NCBI RefSeq assembly: GCF_000007985.2
Contig: NC_002939.5
Location: 3,450,001-3,482,000, forward strand
From: Geobacter sulfurreducens PCA
GTDB lineage: Bacteria; Desulfobacterota; Desulfuromonadia; Geobacterales; Geobacteraceae
Reading direction: 5' to 3'
Length of the DNA: 32,000 bases
Shown: piece after piece, positions 16,223 through 24,193 of the stretch
How the letters are laid out: each line of letters starts with the position of its first letter
How positions within the stretch are numbered: position 1 is the stretch's first letter
Translations under genes and position numbers: made by a program
Notes under the pieces: generated by a model
Told to the model about the DNA's origin: nothing
What the model saw: only the letters and a program-made list of their open reading frames with translations
Databases searched by the model: none

Positions 16223-16813
16223 ATGACGAACCCGACCCTTGACGAGATCGAACGCACCTTGAAGGACTCCGGAGGGGAAAACCGGCCGGCCGCCGCCGCT
16301 TATACCCCTGCAGCCGTGGCGCTGATCTTGCGCCGGGACGCCAGCGAGGTGTCGATCCTCTTCATCGAGCGCTCCCCCCACGATGGCGATCCCTGGTCCG
16401 GCGACCTGGGGTTTCCGGGCGGCAAGGTAGAGGCGGGCGATGCCGGTCCCCGTGCCGCCGCCGAACGGGAGACTCGGGAGGAACTGGGCGTTGACCTGGC
16501 CTCGGCCCGCCTGTTGGGTCGGCTTGCCGATATCGAGGGGGCCCACCTGCCGATCCGGGTGTCCTGCTTCGTCTACGGTGTGACCGGAGCACTTTCCCTT
16601 CACCCGGGCGGCGAGGTCCGCGACGCCTTCTGGGTCTCCCTGGAGGCACTGTGCGATCCCGCCCGCCACGTAACTGCGCCGGTCCGCTTCGGCGGCGAAC
16701 CCTTCGAGCGACCGGCCATCATCCTTCCCGTGTCAGGAAAGCCGGTCCTGTGGGGGATCACCTACCGGCTCGTGATGCAGTTCCTGGCCCTCCTCGGCAA
16801 GGCACGGGGATGA
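16223..16813 (+). CDS. NUDIX hydrolase (CoA pyrophosphatase-like).
   Basis: Nudix box GFPGGKVEAGDAGPRAAAERETREELG. Start placed at the ATG at 16223 (MTNPTL). Confidence 0.85.
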   Translation: MTNPTLDEIERTLKDSGGENRPAAAAYTPAAVALILRRDASEVSILFIERSPHDGDPWSGDLGFPGGKVEAGDAGPRAAAERETREELGVDLASARLLGRLADIEGAHLPIRVSCFVYGVTGALSLHPGGEVRDAFWVSLEALCDPARHVTAPVRFGGEPFERPAIILPVSGKPVLWGITYRLVMQFLALLGKARG

Positions 16814-17571
16814 GCGCCGTGGAGATCCTCTTTCGCGACCAATACCTGGTGGCCGTGCACAAGCCGGCCGGGCTCCTGGTGCACCGAAGCCCCATCGACC
16901 GCCATGAAACCCGTTTCGCCCTCCAGGAGGTGCGCGACCTCCTCGGCCGCCGGGTCTATCCCGTTCATCGCCTCGACAAGCCCACCTCCGGCGTCCTGGT
17001 GTTCGCCCTGGACCCGGCAACGGCCCGTTCGCTCGGCGATGCCTTCGCCGGCGGCCGGGTGAACAAGACCTACCTGGCGGTCACCCGGGGGATTGTCCCG
17101 CCGGAGGGAATCATTGACCACTCCCTGAGCGAAGAACCGGACCGGCTGGACGGTGCGAAGAGCTCACCAGCAGCGCCTCAGCCGGCGGTCACCGTTTTCC
17201 GGCGACTCGCGGAAGCAGAACTGCCCGTGGTAACGGGGCGCTATGCCTCCTCCCGCTACTCACTTGCGGAACTAACACCCCACACCGGCCGCCGCCACCA
17301 GCTGCGGCGCCACATGAAGCACATCTTCCACCCGATCATCGGCGACACCACCTACGGCGAAGGGCGCCACAACCGCTTCTTCCGGGAAGAGTTCGGCTGC
17401 GGCCGTCTCCTGCTCCATGCCGCGGAGCTTTCGCTGCCGCATCCCGCAAGCGGAGAAACCCTGACCATCGCCGCACCGCCGGACCGGGAGCTCGCCCGCC
17501 TCCTGGATCGCCTCGGCTGGCTGGCTGCGGCGACCGGTCGCGGGCGGCCGGGCATGCCTGCGCCGCCTTGA
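16810..17571 (+). CDS. RluA-family pseudouridine synthase (TruC-like, lacks an S4 domain).
   Basis: LVAVHKPAGLLVH...VHRLDKPTSGVLVFA (catalytic Asp motif)...HQLRRH. The ATG at 16810 overlaps the NUDIX stop codon (ATGA). Confidence 0.88.
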   Translation: MSAVEILFRDQYLVAVHKPAGLLVHRSPIDRHETRFALQEVRDLLGRRVYPVHRLDKPTSGVLVFALDPATARSLGDAFAGGRVNKTYLAVTRGIVPPEGIIDHSLSEEPDRLDGAKSSPAAPQPAVTVFRRLAEAELPVVTGRYASSRYSLAELTPHTGRRHQLRRHMKHIFHPIIGDTTYGEGRHNRFFREEFGCGRLLLHAAELSLPHPASGETLTIAAPPDRELARLLDRLGWLAAATGRGRPGMPAPP

Positions 17572-17655
17572 TTTTTGCCGTGGCGGCGCGTATGGTACGC
17601 GCAGGGACAACCATTGCGCGCTGTGTTACTCTTTTCAGGCAGGGAGGTACATGTC

Positions 17656-18144
17656 ATGGGAGAGAATACGAGTCTTGAGAAGGCTACCTTCGGGGCCGGC
17701 TGTTTCTGGCATGTGGAAGAGGAGTTCCGCCGCGTGCCCGGAGTCGTCTCAACCCTGGCGGGATATATGGGGGGATGGAAGGAACACCCCACCTACGAGG
17801 AGGTCTGCTCCAAGACCACCGGCCACGCCGAGGTGGTGGAGGTGACCTTTGACCCCGCCGCCGTCACCTATGACCACCTGCTGCGGGTCTTCTGGGACTG
17901 CCACGACCCGACCCAGCTCAACCGGCAGGGCCCCGACATCGGCACCAACTACCGCTCCGTCATCTTTTACCACTCGCCGGACCAAGAGCGGGCGGCCCGG
18001 GCCTCCCTAGAGCACGAGCAGCGTTCCGGGCGCCATGCCCGCCCCATCGTTACCGAGATCGTTCCGGCTGCCACCTTCTGGTGGGCCGAGGAATACCACC
18101 AGCACTACCTGGAAAAACGGGGCGGCGGCAGTTGCCGCTGGTAG
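17656..18144 (+). CDS. msrA: Peptide-methionine (S)-S-oxide reductase MsrA.
   Basis: ATFGAGCFWHVEEEF...GYMGG...PTYEEVCS..TGHAEVV. AGGGAGG lies 8 nt upstream of the ATG at 17656. Confidence 0.93.
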   Translation: MGENTSLEKATFGAGCFWHVEEEFRRVPGVVSTLAGYMGGWKEHPTYEEVCSKTTGHAEVVEVTFDPAAVTYDHLLRVFWDCHDPTQLNRQGPDIGTNYRSVIFYHSPDQERAARASLEHEQRSGRHARPIVTEIVPAATFWWAEEYHQHYLEKRGGGSCRW

Positions 18145-18239
18145 GCCGGCGGATATTCTCCGCGAGCCCGGCGCGTGAACTCCCGCCCACGGGCAAATGA
18201 CCCGACGCACGCACACTATCCCCATCCCACGAGGATCCC

Positions 18240-19286
18240 ATGAACATCATTGACCTGCGCAGCGACACCGTTACCCGGCCGAGCCCTGCCATGCGCGCCG
18301 CCATGGCGGGAGCCGAGGTAGGGGACGACGTCTATGGCGAAGACCCGACCGTGAACCGGCTGGAGGAACTGGGCGCCGCCACGCTCGGCACGGAAGCGGC
18401 CCTGTTCACCGCCAGCGGTACCCAGGCCAATCTTCTGGCTCTCCTGGCCCACTGCCGGCGTGGTGACGAATACATTGCCGGCCAGACCGCCCACTGCTAT
18501 CGCTACGAAGGGGGCGGTGCCGCCGCTTTGGGGGGCATCCAGCCCCAGCCCCTGGAGGTGGAACCCGACGGGACCCTCGATCTCTCAGCCGTGGCCGCCG
18601 CCATCAAGCCGGACGACCTCCACTTCGCCCGCACCCGGCTCCTCTGCCTGGAAAACACCCATGCCGGGCGGGTTCTTCCCCTGGACTACCTGGCACGCGC
18701 CAGACGGCTCTGCAACGAGCAGAGCCTTGGCCTGCACATGGACGGTGCCCGCATCTTCAATGCCGCCGTAAAGCTCGGCGTACCGGTCCGCGAGATCGCC
18801 GGTCACGTGGATTCGGTGTCGGTCTGCCTCTCCAAGGGGCTCGGCGCCCCGGTGGGGTCGCTGCTCTGCGGGGGAAGGGAGTTCGTCGCCACGGCCCGCC
18901 GGTGGCGCAAGGCGGTCGGAGGAGGCATGCGCCAGGCCGGCATCCTGGCGGCCGCCGGCATCCTGGCGCTGACCGAAAACGTTGACCGGCTCGCCGAGGA
19001 CCATGCCAACGCCCGCCGCTTGGCCGAGGGGTTGGCCGCCATCCCGGGGCTGGGCCTTGACCCGTCCCAGGTCCAGACCAACATGGTATTCCTGTGCCTC
19101 CCTCTCCGGACGGCGGACCGGCTCGCCTCATTTCTCAACGAACAGGGAATTCTCATCTCCGGCCGGGAAAGTATCCGTCTCGTCACCCACCTTGACGTAA
19201 CCTCTTCGGACGTGGAACGGGTTATCGCGGCATTCGGCGCATTCTTCGCCGGCCACGGCGAGATGCAACCGGGAGCATCGTCATGA
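18240..19286 (+). CDS. ltaE: Low-specificity L-threonine aldolase.
   Basis: 348 aa. [19 protein letters not shown]...[16 protein letters not shown]...SGTQANL...[12 protein letters not shown] (PLP lysine). Confidence 0.9.
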   Translation: MNIIDLRSDTVTRPSPAMRAAMAGAEVGDDVYGEDPTVNRLEELGAATLGTEAALFTASGTQANLLALLAHCRRGDEYIAGQTAHCYRYEGGGAAALGGIQPQPLEVEPDGTLDLSAVAAAIKPDDLHFARTRLLCLENTHAGRVLPLDYLARARRLCNEQSLGLHMDGARIFNAAVKLGVPVREIAGHVDSVSVCLSKGLGAPVGSLLCGGREFVATARRWRKAVGGGMRQAGILAAAGILALTENVDRLAEDHANARRLAEGLAAIPGLGLDPSQVQTNMVFLCLPLRTADRLASFLNEQGILISGRESIRLVTHLDVTSSDVERVIAAFGAFFAGHGEMQPGASS

Positions 19287-19651
19287 TGGTCCGCAGTCTC
19301 ACAGCCATGCTTGTCCTTGCCGCTACCGTGGCGCTCACACCGGCACTGCTCCATTCCGCCCCGGACAAGCCCGGCCGGACAGCCGAATCCCGTAACCCCT
19401 CAGTGGTCATCTTCGTCGGTGAAGGCTGACCCTACTGCGATGAGGTGGAAAGGTTTTTCACCGAAAAGGGCATCCCCTACACCTGCCGCGACATCCGCCG
19501 CGACCGCGCCGCGTTCCGGGAGTGGCGCGAGCGCTACGGCGGCGAGATCGTACCCATGGTAGTCCTCGATGGAGGAAAGAAGGTTATCGACGGCTGCGAC
19601 ATTCCTGCCATCGAACGCGCCCTGGCGGACATTCGCTCCTCCCGGCCGTGA
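19283..19651 (+). CDS. Exported glutaredoxin-fold thiol/selenol oxidoreductase, a predicted selenoprotein with Sec encoded by TGA at 19427-19429. 122 aa.
   Basis: Hand translation gives [48 protein letters not shown]-[TGA][73 protein letters not shown]. The TGA falls exactly where Grx has the first Cys of CPYC. The same frame continues into ORF-track 19445..19651. The cis-Pro (VP) and GCD motifs are present. The ATG overlaps the ltaE stop (ATGA). The N-terminus looks like a signal peptide. Confidence 0.75.
19430..19470 (+). promoter_or_regulatory. Candidate bacterial SECIS element.
   Basis: Starts directly after the UGA. Lower stem is CCCU/AGGG (19430-33 with 19467-70). Upper stem is GGUGGAA(A)/(U)UUUCACC (19444-51 with 19455-62). 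The apical loop contains GGU. The upper stem begins 14 nt after the UGA. Confidence 0.55.
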
Positions 19652-19725
19652 GCACCCCGTGCGCCTCGCACACATCGCAGCAACCCAACCCCTTGTTATT
19701 CGACGAAAACCCCCACAGCTTTTTA

Positions 19726-19754
19726 TTGACTTTTAATGTGAGCTCTTTTATTGT
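19726..19754 (+). promoter_or_regulatory. Putative sigma-70 promoter at the head of the T6SS locus.
   Basis: TTGACT-N17-TATTGT in the only AT-rich stretch of the 345-bp gap, about 245 nt upstream of the tssL start. Confidence 0.45.
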
Positions 19755-19997
19755 TTCGGCAATTCTCATGACAGAGGAGACCGGACTCATTCCCATCCGC
19801 TAGGACGGCGGCCCGCGCGATTCACCCGGAATCAGACCTTTCCTGGCATTTCCCATCACAGCGAACGGTGACTCACGGTAGCCGGAGTGCTTAACGGTAC
19901 CGCCGTGCGTCCATGCCCCGTCATGCCCATCGATGCCGGGTTCGATCCTGCCTTCGGCCGTCGCACAGCAGCGGCCGGCAGAGAGGTTTATCCATCC

Positions 19998-20681
19998 ATG
20001 CATCTGACCGACTGCTTCACAGACGTTATGGCCTACCTGAACCACTCCCTCCGGACCATCGGGGTCCGACAGCCCCCCTACGGAGAAATTCGCTGTGAAA
20101 TCGAACGGTTCATGGCGACGGCGGATGCCGCAGCCCGCAGCGAAGGGCTCGACGGGGAGGAATTCGACCTGGCGCGCTTCGCCGTCTGCGCCTGGATCGA
20201 CGAAGCGATTCTCTCCTCATCATGGGAAGAAAAAAACACCTGGCTGAAGGAACAACTCCAGCGCATCCACTACGCCACCACCGACGCGGGGGAGGAATTC
20301 TTCACCAGGCTCACGGCGCTCGGGCTCAATCAGCGGGAGGTGCGGGAAGTGTTCTATCTCTGCCTGGCCTTCGGCTTTACCGGCAAATACTGCAAGCCTG
20401 GCGACGAGTACCACCTGGAACAGTTGAAAACCGCCCAGCTGAAACTGCTGATGGGAAGTTCGGTAGGACTTCCCTCTCTGGAACGGACCGAACTCTTTCC
20501 CGAGGCATGGCCGTCGGGGCCGGCACCGGCAACCGTCCGCCCCGGACGCGGGCAGGGAAGCCGGGCGTTCCTGGTTGCCGTGGCAGCTGTGCCGGTGGCC
20601 TTGTTCCTGATTCTGCTCCTGGCCTACCGCTTCACGCTCACGGGCGTGGGTGACACGTTCCTGAGGACGGTACCATACTGA
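19998..20681 (+). CDS. tssL: Type VI secretion membrane-complex protein TssL (DotU family, short form without a peptidoglycan-binding domain).
   Basis: DLARFAVCAWIDEAIL...EEFFTRL...REVREVFYLCLAFGFTGKY... plus a single C-terminal TM helix (FLVAVAAVPVALFLILLLAY). Start placed at the ATG at 19998. The upstream GTG at 19887 and the ATG at 19923 are possible. Confidence 0.88.
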   Translation: MHLTDCFTDVMAYLNHSLRTIGVRQPPYGEIRCEIERFMATADAAARSEGLDGEEFDLARFAVCAWIDEAILSSSWEEKNTWLKEQLQRIHYATTDAGEEFFTRLTALGLNQREVREVFYLCLAFGFTGKYCKPGDEYHLEQLKTAQLKLLMGSSVGLPSLERTELFPEAWPSGPAPATVRPGRGQGSRAFLVAVAAVPVALFLILLLAYRFTLTGVGDTFLRTVPY

Positions 20682-20682
20682 A

Positions 20683-23600
20683 ATGAGCGAACGGATGATG
20701 AAATCGCTGAAATGGCTGCTGCTGGCGAGTGTCGTCGTGCTCACGGTATTCCTGGTGGCCGGGATCGTCCTGGCGCTCGACTGGCCCTGGTGGGTGACCT
20801 TCTGCCTGTTGCTGCTCCTTGCCGGAATCGCAGCGGGGGCCATACTGCTGCGGTCCCTACTGCTGCGGCGCCGGGAGCGACACTTCGTCAGGGAGGTTAT
20901 CGAGCAGGAAAAAGACACCCTCTCCACCCTGTCAGACGGAAGCCGTACGCATCTGGACCAGCTCGCTCAACAGTGGAAAGAAGGGGTGGGAGCCCTCAGA
21001 GGCTCGCACCTCAAGCGACGGGGCAACCCCCTCTACGTGCTCCCCTGGTACCTGGTCATCGGCGAGAGCGGTTCCGGCAAGAGCACGAGCCTTGCCAGCG
21101 CCCGTCTCCCCTCTCCCTACACCGATTCCCGACGGTCCGCCGATGATGCCGGTACGCGCAACTGCGACTGGTGGTTCTTCGAAGAGTCCGTCGTGCTCGA
21201 CACGGCGGGCCGTTACGCCGTGCCGGTCAACGGGGAGCGGGACCGGGACGAATGGCAGAAGCTCCTGGCGCTGCTGGTCAGGCACCGGAGACGCGAACCC
21301 CTGAACGGTCTCGTCCTGACCGTGGCGGCAGACCGACTCCTTGCCGGCGGACGGGAGGAAAACGCCGAGGAGGGGCGTACCATGCGCCGCCGGGTGGATG
21401 AACTGATGCGCGCCCTGGGGGTGCGGGTACCGGTTTACGTGCTCGTAACCAAGTGTGACCTTATCGAAGGGATGAACTGCTTCGCCGAACTTCTGCCGGA
21501 AAAGGCGCTGCGCCAGCCCATGGGCATGATCAACCGAGATCTGACCGCCAACGTGGGCTCGTTCACGGCCAGGACCATGGAGACGGTAACCGAGCGACTC
21601 AGAAGTCTCAGGCTCCAGATCCTCCACCGGCCCGAAGCCCGCGACGCGACGCCGGCTCTCGCCTTTTTCCCCGAGGAATTCGCAGGGCTCCGCGAAGGGC
21701 TCACCGCGTTCATGGAAGGGACGTTCCGCGAAAACCCCTATCAGGAAACCCCGTTGCTGCGAGGGGTGTTCTTCGCCAGCGGCCGTCAGGCCGGCAGCCC
21801 CCGTTCCCGGTTCAGCGGGACACTGGGCACCGTTGCCGGGCCCCAACCGCTCCCCGACACCAGCCGTGGCATCTTCCTCCACGACTTCTTTGCCCGGGTC
21901 CTTCCCGCCGACCGGGCACTCCTGACCCCGACACAACGGTCTGTCCAGTGGCGCACCGTCACCGGCAACCTCGGGCTCCTCTCCTGGCTGCTGGTGGGGC
22001 TGGCCCTGTGTGGCCTCTTGTCGTTTTCCTTCGTGAAGAACATGGCCACCATTCGCGAGGTATCGCGCCAATTCGAACGGACGCCGCCCATCAATGCTGA
22101 TCCGGTGAATAATCTCCTGGTCCTGGAGAGCCTTCGCCAGGGGATTCTGCGCGTGGAAGAGCAGAATCGCGCCTGGTGGGTGCCCCGGTTCGGCCTTAAT
22201 GAAAGCCGGCGGGTTGAAGCTGTTCTCAAGGACAAGTTCTGCAACCAGTTCCGGGATGGCTTTCTCGCCCCCTATGACCGTCACCTGGCCGAAGAGCTGA
22301 ACGGTCTCTCCGCGGCCACGCCGGACGAACTCTTTGCCCGGTACGCCATCCACCTGACGCGACGGATCAACATCCTTACCGCCAGCCGGGCAGGCAGGGG
22401 GCTCGATGAACTGCGCGCCCTCCCTCAGCCGGCGTCCCTGTCGTTCATGGCCGCTGAGACGCCGTCGGTCGCCGACGCGCACAAGCGGTTCGGAGAGCTC
22501 TATCTCCACTATCTTGCATGGCGATCCGACTCTCCCGACTTGGCCCGCGAGGCGGCCCAGCTCCAGGGCTGGCTCAGGCGGTCCCTCGCGCTCAAAACCG
22601 ACAGCCTTTCCTGGCTCGCCCCCTGGGTTGACCGTCATGGGGGGCTATCACCCGTAACCCTGGCGGAGTTCTGGGGAGGAAGCGTGCCGGCCCCGGATGA
22701 GCCGACGATCACCCCGTCCTTCACCGGCAAGGGTAAAGACCGGATTGACGGGCTCATGCGCGAACTGGAGACCGCGGTGGGCGACTCACGACTTCTGGCG
22801 AAGGCACGGGCAGGGTTCGTCCCCTGGTACCGGGCCCTGTGCCTGCAGGCGTGGCAGGGATTCGCAGCCTCATTCCCCCGCGGCGCCGAGAGGCTTCGGG
22901 GCAGCGGCGAGTGGCAGCAGGCCGCTACCCGGATGGCGACCGAGCACGGTCCGTACTTCGCGTTCATCACCCGGATGACCCAGGAGTTGCACACCCTGGC
23001 GGGCACGGAGGGACTCCCTCCCTTTGCAGCACAGCTCTTCGCATTCCAGATTGCGCGAACCGGGGGAGCCGTCTCGCACGATGCAGCAGCCAACGTCACC
23101 GCCGAAAGCCGTCGCCTCATGGCCTCCATCCGCAGGAGGCTGGGAAACGAGGCTGCGGCCAGCACCATCGATCCGACCTTCATGGCATCGCGCAGCTGGC
23201 AGGAATACCAGGCAGCCCTGGCGGCCATCGCTCCAGCCGCATCATCGCGGCAGCAGGCCTTCCAACTGGCATCCCAGACCTTCACCGATGATCCCGCCAC
23301 GGGGAAAACCCCATTCCATGCAGCCTGGAATGCGGCCGCACGGCTGAAGCGGGATATCGCCGGCGCCGGTGCCGACGACGCCTTCTGGCGCCTCGTCACC
23401 GGTCCCCTCGATTTTCTCTGGGGATATGTCAGGCGCGAAGCCGGTTGCCAGCTCCAGACCCTCTGGGAGGAGCAGGTCCTCGCCCCCACCCTGGGCATGC
23501 CCCCCCAACAGGCGGGGCCAATGCTGCTGGGCGCCGATGGCCTTGCCTGGCGCTTCGTGAAGGGCCCGGCCGCCCCCTTTGTCCGGGGCACGGCAGCGGG

Positions 23601-24147
23601 GTACGCCCCCCGGCAGGCACTGGGCGGAGCGCTGCCGCTGGAGGGATCCCTCTTCGCCTTTTTGGGCAAAGGGGCACAGCTCAATGCCATGGCATCCGGC
23701 CGGCAGTCGAACTATACCGTAGCAATCAAGGGACTTCCCACCGATGCGAACCCCGAGGCCCGGATCAAGCCGCACGGCACGCGATTGGAGCTCCAGTGCG
23801 CCGGGCAAGCCCAGGCTCTCGCGAACCACAACTTTCCTGCCGGCAAGACCTTTTACTGGTCGCCCGACAGCTGCGGCGACGTGATCTTCCAGATTGAGGC
23901 GGGCGACCAGGTACTCACAAAGCGATATGCTGGACCCCAGGCATTCCCGGACTTTCTACGCGAGTTCGCCAGCGGGCATCGCACGTTTGCGGCCGGAGAG
24001 TTTCCCGGCGAGAAAGATGCGCTGGCTCGCATGGGGATCACCTCAATCCGGGTAAGCTACCAGTTCACCGGCAGTCAGCAGGTGATCAGGCAGGGCGGCG
24101 CCATGGCCGGAGCCACGGCTCCACGGATGATCGCCCGGTGCTGGTAG
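20683..24147 (+). CDS. tssM: Type VI secretion membrane-complex protein TssM (IcmF family).
   Basis: 1154 aa. N-terminal TM hairpin, Walker A in LPWYLVIGESGSGKST, a third TM near residue 440, and a long periplasmic C-terminal region. It starts 1 nt after the tssL stop. Confidence 0.92.
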   Translation: MSERMMKSLKWLLLASVVVLTVFLVAGIVLALDWPWWVTFCLLLLLAGIAAGAILLRSLLLRRRERHFVREVIEQEKDTLSTLSDGSRTHLDQLAQQWKEGVGALRGSHLKRRGNPLYVLPWYLVIGESGSGKSTSLASARLPSPYTDSRRSADDAGTRNCDWWFFEESVVLDTAGRYAVPVNGERDRDEWQKLLALLVRHRRREPLNGLVLTVAADRLLAGGREENAEEGRTMRRRVDELMRALGVRVPVYVLVTKCDLIEGMNCFAELLPEKALRQPMGMINRDLTANVGSFTARTMETVTERLRSLRLQILHRPEARDATPALAFFPEEFAGLREGLTAFMEGTFRENPYQETPLLRGVFFASGRQAGSPRSRFSGTLGTVAGPQPLPDTSRGIFLHDFFARVLPADRALLTPTQRSVQWRTVTGNLGLLSWLLVGLALCGLLSFSFVKNMATIREVSRQFERTPPINADPVNNLLVLESLRQGILRVEEQNRAWWVPRFGLNESRRVEAVLKDKFCNQFRDGFLAPYDRHLAEELNGLSAATPDELFARYAIHLTRRINILTASRAGRGLDELRALPQPASLSFMAAETPSVADAHKRFGELYLHYLAWRSDSPDLAREAAQLQGWLRRSLALKTDSLSWLAPWVDRHGGLSPVTLAEFWGGSVPAPDEPTITPSFTGKGKDRIDGLMRELETAVGDSRLLAKARAGFVPWYRALCLQAWQGFAASFPRGAERLRGSGEWQQAATRMATEHGPYFAFITRMTQELHTLAGTEGLPPFAAQLFAFQIARTGGAVSHDAAANVTAESRRLMASIRRRLGNEAAASTIDPTFMASRSWQEYQAALAAIAPAASSRQQAFQLASQTFTDDPATGKTPFHAAWNAAARLKRDIAGAGADDAFWRLVTGPLDFLWGYVRREAGCQLQTLWEEQVLAPTLGMPPQQAGPMLLGADGLAWRFVKGPAAPFVRGTAAGYAPRQALGGALPLEGSLFAFLGKGAQLNAMASGRQSNYTVAIKGLPTDANPEARIKPHGTRLELQCAGQAQALANHNFPAGKTFYWSPDSCGDVIFQIEAGDQVLTKRYAGPQAFPDFLREFASGHRTFAAGEFPGEKDALARMGITSIRVSYQFTGSQQVIRQGGAMAGATAPRMIARCW

Positions 24148-24193
24148 GGCCACACTCTCTGTGGCTGTATCGCAGGAACAAGGAGCGGAACTG

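Noticed and set aside
19445-19651. Stand-alone 68-aa ORF as given in the ORF track.
   Set aside because: It begins with a GTG inside the Grx alpha-1 helix and lacks beta-1 and the redox motif. The same frame is open upstream except for one TGA, located at the CPYC Cys position. I therefore reinterpreted it as the 3' part of a selenoprotein gene (19283..19651).
19755-19997. Possible c-di-GMP/cGAMP (GEMM-I) riboswitch in the T6SS leader. These are common in Geobacter.
   Set aside because: I found no ACGCAAAGC-type core, no GNRA tetraloop/receptor arrangement, and no paired P1/P2 hairpins by eye. The TGGCAT at ~19843 also lacks a properly spaced GC -12 element, so it is not a sigma-54 promoter either.
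20932-23690. Long minus-strand ORFs (568 aa and 351 aa) opposite tssM.
   Set aside because: They are antisense to a well-supported TssM frame. Their composition is Pro/Arg/Gly-rich, typical of GC-rich out-of-frame translation. No RBS or domain signatures are present.
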